A DNA stretch of 64,000 nt, from assembly GCA_964016885.1 (NCBI GenBank), contig OZ024741.1, positions 164,920,001 to 164,984,000 of the forward strand, in the 5' to 3' direction. Shown piece after piece: positions 54,451 through 64,000 of the stretch. Made by a program: the position numbers and the translations under genes. The stretch's first letter is position 1. The number at the start of each line of letters is the position of its first letter. The notes beneath the pieces were generated by a model that worked only from the letters and a program-made list of their open reading frames with translations, had not been told where the DNA came from and ran no database searches. Source of the stretch: Eledone cirrhosa. Taxonomy: Eukaryota.

Positions 54451-56618
54451 ACAGTACTGGTACTTTCTTTATTGACCCAAAAGGAGGAATGGCAAAGTGT
54501 AACTTGACAGGATTTGAACTAAGAATGCCGATAACTGGGTGCTCTAAATACTCTGCTGCCAACTCAGCCACTTCATGTAAGCGTAGAGATGTAATATCAG
54601 GGTGTAATAGAGAGAAGTATTAGAAATGGAAGGAAATACAATTAAATCTGTGTATACAATACAGCATTCCAACAGGTTTCAACAACTAACAACAGAAACA
54701 CCAACAATGGCACCAACAATGACAACAGCAACAACTATGACAACAACATCATTAATGACAACAACACTATCAACAAAAACAATGACAACAACAATGATAA
54801 CAACAACTAACAGTAGCACCACCCAAATCAGCAACAGACAGAGAACTAAAGTGGTTTAGTTATCGGCACTGCGACTGGAATTACTACCATTTTGCAGTTA
54901 TTGATTTATTTATTAGCAAAGCAAATGTGGTCTTCCAATGTTCTCAGCATTCACAAAAACAGACCTGCTATACTATATAACCTATACACTGACACACACA
55001 CACACACATACACATCTTCACCATCACCTCCACCACTACTACTACTACAACTAAGCCACCCACATACACCCACATCTTCAACAACCCCACCACTACTACT
55101 ACTAACACCCACACATATCCTAAATATCACCACCATTACTGCTATTACACCCACCCATCTTTACCACCACAACTAGCACCACCACTACTGCTACTACTAC
55201 TACACCCACCCTTACCCTCATCACCACCACCACCACCACTGCAACTACTATTACTAATACTACTACCCATACTCTGCCACCATCCTCCCAGACACCTCTT
55301 CAGCACTACCACCCCCACTGCCACCACAACTATCAATACACTACCCTCTGCCCCCATGCACCAATCATCATCACCATCCCTGCTAGCAATCCCCTGTCCT
55401 CTTCCCCACCACCACTACTATCAATACACCGCCCTCTGCCCTTACGCACCAATCATCATCACCAACATCACTAGCAATGCACTGCCCTTCTCCACCACCA
55501 CTATCAATACACCCCCGCCTCCACACACCACAATCATCACCATTCCCAATAGCAATGCACTGCCCCCCCTCACCACACTACCACCCCCACTGCCACCAAC
55601 CATCAATACCCTGGACCAGGCAGTTATGAAACATTTGAATTTGACAGTATTATTCTGAGGTAGTTGACAAGGCAGCTTAATGAAGATTTCATTTGCTTCA
55701 AATAAAAACAATTATCTTGTAACAACAACAAAAACAACAACAATAATAATAATAATGGTTTTTAATTTAAGCACAAGGCCAGCAATTTTGGGGGAGGGGA
55801 AAGTCGATTAAATCAACCCCAGTACATTACTGGTTCTTTATTTATCAACCCCGTAATGATGAAAGGCAAAGCTAACCTCGGCGGGATTTGAACACAGAAC
55901 GGAAAGGGCTATAACTCTATGCCACACAACATGTAGTTCGGTGCCCTACCGATACTACCAAAATAATAATGGATTCTAATTTAGGCACAAGGCCAGCAAT
56001 TTTGGAGGAGTGGAAAGTCTATGTGTGGAGTATTATATTAACCCTAGCACTTTATTTTACTGAGCCTAAAAGAATGAAAGGCAAATTTGACCATAGCAAA
56101 ATTTGAAGTCAAAATTTAAAAAGCTGGAAGAAATGCCTCAAAGCATTTCATCTGATGCTCTAATGGTTTTGCCAGTCAATTGCCCTTAATCCAACAGCAA
56201 TAGTAATAATTCTTCCTAAAATTGGCACAAAGCAAGCAATTCGGGGGAAAGGGAAAGTCAATTATATTGACCCCAGTCCTTGTCTACAACATTATTTTAT
56301 CAACCTTGAAAGGATAAAAGGCAAAGCTGACTGTGACAGGATTTGAACTCAAAACGTACAGAAAAATAACAAATAATACAAGGTGTTTGTCCACTGCTCT
56401 ACTGATTCTGCCAACAACAATAATAATATCCACAAAAGGAAACACTGGAAAGATTGTCTAAAACTTATTTAGAATGCTGGAGTAAAATTGTTAAGTATTG
56501 ATCTTGTCTGTTTGAAGCAATGAAAATGAATTATAATACAAACTACATGGACGGACAATATTCTAAAGACTATCCCTACTGAAGAATCTATTAGGTATTA
56601 GAAATGTTATATGTTAGG

Positions 56619-56816
56619 CAATGCTGGATTTAGGACAAATGAGGCCCTGTGTTAGTTAAATTATGAGGCTCTGAGTTAGTTAAGTTATGAGGGCCCTTAT
56701 TTGGGCCCTGAAGGAGGTAAAAAAGGTTTTTGGCAGGAAGATGGGCCACCCCCACCTCCTGGCAAACAGGGCCCTATGTTTAAGCACACCTAAGCACAAT
56801 GGTGAAACTGGCACTG
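56619..56816. mobile_element. hAT (Tip100/Ac-like) MITE
   Basis: Termini CAATGCTGGATTT / AAACTGGCACTG, internal GGGCCC motifs, TSD ATGTTAGG/CTGTTAGG. Confidence 0.68.
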
Positions 56817-58144
56817 CTGTTAGGTACAGAAGATTTCAGCTGTAAAATGTTTTCGAAAAGGTCTCCAGCAATTAAGGTAGTGAACTGGCCAAGCTGTTAG
56901 GGCATCAGAATAAATACTTCAATATTTGTTTCAGCTAACTGCAGTCAAAGTTCAAATCCTGCAGAGGTTAATTGTGTTTGCCTTTCATCATTATGATGTC
57001 AGTAAATTTTCACTCAAGGACTGGAGTTAATTCTTCTTCTTCTCGTATCTCTCTTTATCACATTTTCTCAGTCCTTTTCAGGATAAAAATTGGCTGTTAA
57101 GACTTGAAGACAGATGCAGTAATCAGATTGAAAGAGCCCAAGATACTCGATGTGTCAGGAGGGCACCCCTACAACTCTGTCAGGAGTTTAGAGCTATTTC
57201 CTTTTCTTTCATTTCCTGTTCAGCAAATGTACCAACAAAAATCTTATAATCCATACACATCTGGAAAAATATAAGCCCCTTCTCACCACTGCCCAGGCAG
57301 GTACCCTATCTTTTGAAACAAGTTATAATATATTTATATATACACCCCACGCCACACCCCCTACTCCATCCTCCCACTTCCACCCACTGTAAGGTGGTCA
57401 TGTAGGTGACACAACAAAAAGCACCCAGTCCACACTGTAAAGTGGTCGTGTGGGAGACACGGTAAAAAGGCTCCCAGTCCATACTGTAAATGTGGTTGGT
57501 GTTAGGAATGGCATCCAGCTGTAGAAAACCAGCCAGAAACAGTTCTGTACGAATGGACACAGTCACCCGACCAATCTTACCTCAAGTGGGACAAACCTGT
57601 CCTACTCATGCTAGCGTGGAAGATAGACGTTAAACAATGATGATATGTATGTATGTGAAAAGTAAATGAAAGAACAACACAGGAGAACGATACAGTACAA
57701 TGAAGATATATTAGTTTAACACTTGATATAGTGGGAAGAGAGTCTTAATGTTTCGGACCCTTCATCAGAAGATAGGATGAAAGATAACTGAAGAAATAGA
57801 AAGATAGACAAGATTAAGAAGAGGAAGAAATGGATTGGGGGGGTTATGAAATTTCATGCTTCAGGGGACTGTAATTTCTACACTTCTGTGTGAATATCAA
57901 ATGGTCAAGCTGGGTCTATCAACTGACATGTTTTGTTTTCTTTTTGATTACAATAATTGTTTCTACTTTTGGCACAGGCCAGCAATTACCCAGTGCATTA
58001 CTGGTACTTTATTTTATCAACCCCATAAGGATGAAAGACAAAGTTACTCTCGGCGGAATTTGAACTCAGAATGACAAGGGCCGTAACTCTATGCATCAAA
58101 GCATGGCGTCCGACCCTCTACCGATACTGCCAATCCACCTAATG

Positions 58145-58920
58145 TCATGATGTCTGAGCTATTATGTTCTAACTTTTTATCAGTTAGTATGAGTAAATTC
58201 CATAAAATTTCAGTCTTCTGACTCCAATACTTTCTCTGGTTAGTGCATGTAGCATTTCTCTGTCTTGTCAAATCCCCACGTCTCACACAATTTTCAGTGG
58301 ATTACTTTGGCCACACTATCATGTCTCATCTACTTATATTCATTTCAAGCAAGATTTGGACACTCTGTGACAATGTATGCCACTGTTTTAACAGCACCAC
58401 CACACACTCATCACAGAGGAGATACATCTTCTCCATATACTGATTCTCTAATGTTATTTGTGCAAATTTCCTGATTTTATGCTGCAATTATTGTGATCCT
58501 TGTCTCTGTTTTCCTTTATTAAATATCTTTATTTTTAGCCAATCCCACTTCATCTCTTGCTTTTCTGAATTGCCTGTGTGGTGTCTTGCCCTCATGTGCA
58601 TTTACATGTTTATTCTGTCCCTCTTCTTTACTTTTGCCCCAATGTTAGGTCCAAACAAACCTGCTCCGTTCACTGCCCACAGTAAATACTGCTCTAACTC
58701 TTCCATTTCTATTTTAACACAATCTTCTATACCAATCAAACTTCGGCCTCTATTTTCTCTTTTTATATATAATCAGTCCACATCTACCTTGGAGTAATGT
58801 GGTCCATACATTGTCAGCAGTTTCCTCATTTTGTGATCAAAAGCCACCAGCTCTGCATTTGTCCAACCTATAATACCAGCCCCATACCTAATGATAGTTT
58901 CATACAAGTTTTACTCTATC
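58145..58920 (-). pseudogene. Old decayed Dong/R4-type LINE fragment
   Basis: Minus-strand remnants MRKLLTMYG..SKVDVD*LYIKRENRGRSLIGIEDCV, SPLC*VCGGAVKTVAYIVTEC, RHDSVAKVIH, ILWN...TDKKLEHN. Confidence 0.8.
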
Positions 58921-59009
58921 ATCATGAGCACCTCAGTGATCCTGAAGTATGTGCAAGCATTGTGTCTGCACTTTTAAAGATTGTTTGAGGAGTATAGTCT
59001 CCTCTAGTT

Positions 59010-59520
59010 CAGAGGTCCCCAACCACCGGCCGCAGACCAGTACTGGTCCGTGGATCATTTGCTACCAGGCCGCAAAGAAATAATTAACTTGTTTAACATT
59101 ATTTAATAGATAAATTGAATATTGGACTTTAATTTTTAAAAAATTATATGAGAGTCAAAAGATTATACACTTTTTCTTCCCTTTAATAAATTGTTGCTCT
59201 CTTTATCAAAATGCACTTAACCCTTTAACATTTACATTACTCTCTCTCTCTATATATATATACTATTGTATTTTCCCGGTAAAGGCTTTATCTCACATAA
59301 TATCGAATCTATGAGATTTTGATATTACTTATTTTGAGAACAGTACCTTAACATTAGTATGAGCAGCCAGTTACGGCCAGTTTGAACAGGAAGAGGTGAG
59401 AGGATCCTAACCGGTTTAAATGCTAAAGGGTTAAATAACACATATGTGCAACTACCGGTTCACAGAAAGATTGTCCGGCATGAAGCCAGTCCGTGGTATA
59501 AAAAACGTTGGCGCCTACTG
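59010..59520. mobile_element. hAT-Charlie (MER1-like) MITE containing a nested piggyBac-like MITE
   Basis: Termini CAGAGGTCCCCAAC / GTTGGCGCCTACTG. Perfect 8-bp TSD CTCTAGTT (59002-59009 and 59521-59528). Confidence 0.88.
59221..59430. mobile_element. piggyBac-like MITE nested in a hAT MITE
   Basis: TTAA|CCCTTTAACATTT ... AAATGCTAAAGGG|TTAA. Confidence 0.87.
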
Positions 59521-60847
59521 CTCTAGTTAGTATACTGCCCCAGTTATATCTTGTTACGGGGTTTAGCTTGTTGTTTCTTGTGCTATTTTATTGGGTATTA
59601 ATCTTGAAGAATATATATTTTGCAAGTTGTTTTGTTTTATTTTATTAACTGTTTATTGTATTGAGAGTGAGATGGATGTGAAAATTGTTCTTATTAAGTT
59701 GTGCTATTGAACGAATATTTTGTGCAGCTAATTTTTAGACAGGGTGGAATGTTGTGAACCCTGGTATAGTTTGTCTTTTTTTCATATTTCTTTTTTTTTA
59801 TAATACTCTGATTATTAATAGCACTGTTTTTAAGTTGGTGCCCCACAAATTATTATTACTATTATCATTATTATTATTATTTTGGGCAGTGGATTGGCAG
59901 TATGGTTAGAGTATCAGACACCATGATTTGCGGCATAGAGCTTTGGCCTTTTATGTTCCGAGTTCAAATTCCACCGAAGCTAACTTTGCCTTTCATCCTA
60001 GCGGGGTCAATAAAATAAAGCACCAGTATTGCAGTGGGATCGATTTAATAGTCTTTCCCCTTCCCCAAAATTGTTGGCATTATACCTAAATCAGAAACCA
60101 TTATTAATATTATTATTATTGTCATTATTTTATTTCCTTTTTTTCATAAATTTCTTAATCAAATTATTCAAGCAACAGATTAATCATCAATAATTTGTTA
60201 CACTCCCCTTTATATATATATATATATTTCATTTGTTTATCTTATTTTATTTATATATATTTATATTTTATAGTAAAGGAAGGGTTAGAAAATAAATCAG
60301 TTCAATGAAGTGTTGCAAAACTGCAGTAAAATCGAGTGTGAAATGCAGTGATATGGAAAGAAGAACAACTGAATCGAATGTCAAATGTGCAGTAGAAGTT
60401 CAACATGGGAATAATGTGCAATAACAGAACAACAGGTGAATATCAAATGTGCAGTGGCAGCTTAATATGTGAAGAATATGTAATGACAGAACAGGTGAAT
60501 ATCAGATTTGTAGTGGAAGCTTAATATGTGAAGAATATGTAATAACAGAGTATAGAACCACTAAAACAAATGTAGAATGATATGAGAGAATCATAAGATG
60601 ATTCATTCAACTGATAAATTATTCAATAAACATCCTCTTTTTTCACCCACATATTGTTATTCTCAACCATGACACTATCTTAATCATCATCTTTCATATC
60701 ACTCTTTACATTCATGACAACATACTTGTCATCCTCATACTGTCACTCAGCCATGACACAGACAACACTTCATCCACCACATGCAGTTCTCTGGATATAA
60801 TCAAATAGACAGGAGCAGTGTATACAAATGAGCTACGGCAACATTAA

Positions 60848-61055
60848 CCCTTTAGCATTTAAACCAGCCATATCCGGCCAGAATTCTTTCACCTCTTTTT
60901 GTTCATACCGGTCATAAGTGACCACTCATACCAATGTTCACGTATTGTTCTCAAAATAAATAATATCAAAATCTTGTAGATGCGATATAATGTGAGATAA
61001 AGCCTTTTCTGTGGAAATACAATGGTAAATATAGAGTAATATGAATGCTAAAGGG
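60848..61055. mobile_element. piggyBac-like MITE
   Basis: TTAA|CCCTTTAGCATT ... AATGCTAAAGGG|TTAA. Confidence 0.87.
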
Positions 61056-61149
61056 TTAAAAACTATCATGGAAAATTATGCAAATGGATTCTGCTCATGT
61101 ATAGAAGCAAAGCATGGAACAGAATAGATGGCCATCTTGTTATTTGACA

Positions 61150-61660
61150 ACAAGAGATAACAGAGTGTGATGTTCGTTGATGCTACCCCTAGAGGTGAAT
61201 AGCTTATATATTTAAAAGGGCATTAGATTAACTCAAACTTAAAGTTAGGGAAGTAGAAAAACCAAGGATTTCCATTAAAATCTATAATTGGCAGAACTTA
61301 TCAATTTAAAGACACCCATCCACATACTGACAACAATTGCATAGCCTATGAGGTAAGACCATAGATAATTTGTAAAAGTAGAATTGTAGTACATACCATA
61401 AGGTGCACAGAGGGACAATGTAGAAACAAGAACATGATGTACATAGGAGAAATAGCTCATAGTATAGTAGAATGGAGGAAAGAGCACCGGTGGGAATTCA
61501 AAGACAAGAAAATCATCTCATCAGTAGTCTACCAAGATGCTAAACTAGAACATGGCTCACTTGAAAACATTGAAATAAAAATCATATCTAAACAGAATGT
61601 TCAGGCAGCTACCCATATAACAGAAAATAAACCCACCCTCAATAGAATTCAATAATGGAT
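61150..61660 (+). pseudogene. Decayed Penelope-like GIY-YIG endonuclease region (second lineage)
   Basis: In frame from 61371: CKSRIVVHTIRCTEGQCRNKNMMYIGEIAHSIVEWRKEH...SVVYQDAKLEH...HITENKPTLN. Upstream remnant SVMFVDATPRGE. Confidence 0.75.
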
Positions 61661-62194
61661 AGCAACAACCAAACATCATGGTGACCGATGACAAAAATAT
61701 TGACAGAAGTGCAAAATCAGAAGTAAACCCACCCTCAGAAGAAAGCAGGACAGATAAAGAGAAAAGAACAAATAGTATGACACATAAGTATGGGCACACA
61801 AAAAGATAGAGGGACAAGCATAGGGATGCATACACATAGATAAGTAATGGTACACAAAGCTTAGTGGGGGATTTAAGCAGATAAGCACATACACAAAACT
61901 TGAAGAAGAAACAAGATATAAATACACATATAGATGCACACACACAAAGACAGATATATACACATGCATGCATATACCAACCACATAAACACACACAAAC
62001 AAACACATGAACATGCTACACACATTGAAAAAAGACAAGATGGAGTAAACAAAACAAAATCAAAACAGAGAGAAAACAGAGGAGCAAGAATAGTCATTGA
62101 GAAGGTCACAGGTTGTGTGATGACAATCAAATATTACAATTAAATAATCATCCGTCTAATAAATGAACCAAGAAATGGATTAGTTGCCTGACTA

Positions 62195-62375
62195 ATAATT
62201 GTTTCTACTTTAGGCACAAGGCCAGCAATTACCCAGTGCATTACTGGTACTTTATTTTATCGACCCCGTAAGGATGAAAGGCAAAGTCAACCTCGGCGGG
62301 ATTTGAACTCAGATCGTAAGGGGACGTAACTATGCTGGAAAGCATGGCGTCCGACCCTCTACTGATACTGCCAAT
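62195..62375 (-). mobile_element. tRNA-derived SINE family A, short variant, representative minus-strand copy (others include 4729-4915, 35375-35557, 38632-38748, 57953-58138, 63490-63678; long variant at 55755-55960)
   Basis: Reverse complement of family A with an internal deletion (CACTGGG-TAATTGCTGGCC). Copies are very similar to each other. Confidence 0.88.
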
Positions 62376-62584
62376 AATAAAACTTAACTGGTGCATGTGT
62401 TTTTATTGGTAGCCTGACTCGTTCAAAATATAACATATAAGCAGAGGCCGGTCATCGAAGAAATAACACCACATGTTCGGCCAGCTCCCTGTATCATGAA
62501 AAGAAAATTTTTTGAGGGGAGATTATTGGATATTTCCCAATTTAAAAGTTTCTTAGGAACTTTCAAATGTTTATTTTAGGTTTT

Positions 62585-62645
62585 GCTGGCTGAAGAGCTC
62601 AGGCTATCATAACCGATAGTCGTCAGTGAAATATGTATAACGGAG
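62585..62645 (+). ncRNA. Partly decayed long-stem-II hammerhead fold
   Basis: CUGAAGA-[GCU..GGCUAUC/GAUAGUC..AGU]-GAA-AUAUGUAU-A-AC. The 3' core is the same as at 48918-48988; stem I is imperfect. Confidence 0.5.
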
Positions 62646-62651
62646 TCTTAA

Positions 62652-62859
62652 CCCTTTAACATTTACATTACTTTATATTTACTATTGTATTTTCATGGTA
62701 AAGGCTTTATCTCATATAATATTGAATCTAAGAGATCTTGATGTTATTTATTTTAGGAAAAATACCGTAACATCAGTATGAGTGGCCAGTTACAGCCAGT
62801 TTGAACAGAAAGAGGTGAGGGAATTCCGGCCGGATATGGCCAGTTTAAATGCTAAAGGG
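62652..62859. mobile_element. piggyBac-like MITE
   Basis: TTAA|CCCTTTAACATTT ... AAATGCTAAAGGG|TTAA. Confidence 0.87.
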
Positions 62860-63172
62860 TTAAATAAACCTGAATCAACAGAATATGGCCTCCGATCTTT
62901 TATATATATATATATACACACACGCACATACATATATATATATATATTTATATATATACACACATACATATCTGTATATATGGTGATATTGATGATGATA
63001 TATACATATATATACACATGCACGTGTGTGTGTGAGTGTATCTTGTTATCCCACAAAGCCATCAGTTATTTATATCTCAGTTCTGTCAAACAACCATGTT
63101 TGTTGTTTCCACTATTATCTGTTGGAATATAGACTATGGTTGATCAACCTATCCTGTATTCACAGTTGTTAG

Positions 63173-63203
<31 letters not shown>

Positions 63204-63319
63204 CACACACACACACACACACACACACATTAACAAACCAATCTATTATCCAGTGAAGCATAAAATACATGAATGCACTTGTTCTGCAGCAATTGATTTG
63301 CGAGAGGTCATGGTGAGGT

Positions 63320-64000
63320 ATGGTGTGGTGTAATGTAGTTTTATGGTGATGGTGGTGGTGGGTATTGTTTAGTGTAGTGTAGTGTGCCATGGTATAGTAT
63401 AGTGTAGTGTTGTATGGTGTGGTATAATGTAATATAGTGTGGTCTAATGTAGTGCAGTGTGGCGTTATGTAATATGGTGTGTTGTGATATAATTGTTTCT
63501 ACTTTTGGCACAAGGCCAGCCAATACCCAGTACATTACTGGTACTTTATTTTATCGACCTCGTAAGGATGAAAGGCAAAGTTAACCTCGGCAGGATTTGA
63601 ACTCAGAATGGCAAGGGCCATAACTCTATACATCAAAGCATGGCATCCAACCCTCTACCGACACTGCCAATCCACCACCTTTATGTTGTGATATAATGTA
63701 GTGTGGTTTGGTATAGTGTAGTGTTGTGTGGTGTGGTGTGGTATAATTTAGTGTAGTGTGATGTGGTCTGATGTAGTGTAGTGTGGCATGATGTAATTTG
63801 ATGTGGTGTGATATAATGTGGTGTGGTGTAGTGTAATGTGGTCAAGTATAGTGTACTGTTGTAGTATGGTATAATGTGGTCTGATGTAATGTAGTGTAAC
63901 ATAGTTTAATGTGGTGTGGTGTAGAGCAGTTTAATGTGGTGTTGTGTGGTGTAGTGTAGTATGTGTAGTGCAGTGTGGCATATTGTGATATGGTGCAGAA
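63320..64000. repeat. Degenerate pentanucleotide (TGTAG/TGTGG)n array interrupted by a SINE
   Basis: Directly visible. Confidence 0.85.

Overview
AT-rich eukaryotic non-coding DNA with many microsatellites. The repeat content resembles an octopus or other coleoid cephalopod genome (inference only). I found no convincing host gene; the window is almost entirely layered mobile DNA. (1) RTE-clade LINEs: one copy with an uninterrupted ~1011-aa endonuclease-RT ORF (31022-34057, minus strand), a convergent 5'-truncated copy with one stop codon, an old decayed copy, and many 3' tails. This family carries a C4HC3 PHD-type finger inserted just after the RT YADD region. (2) Dong/R4-type LINE remnants with a restriction-like endonuclease, one sitting in (TAA)n. 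(3) Two Penelope-like GIY-YIG remnants. (4) DNA transposons: an internally deleted DD37D (maT) element, a non-autonomous Helitron, and hAT and piggyBac-like MITEs. (5) Two abundant tRNA-derived SINE families, one sharing its 3' tail with the RTE. (6) Several minisatellites. The signal an ORF track cannot show is a dispersed set of about eight hammerhead-ribozyme folds in three architectures. One has a long stem II and a palindromic stem III, and sits beside an inverted copy of its own cleavage-site flank (48862-49138), which suggests short Penelope pseudo-LTR or retrozyme-like elements.
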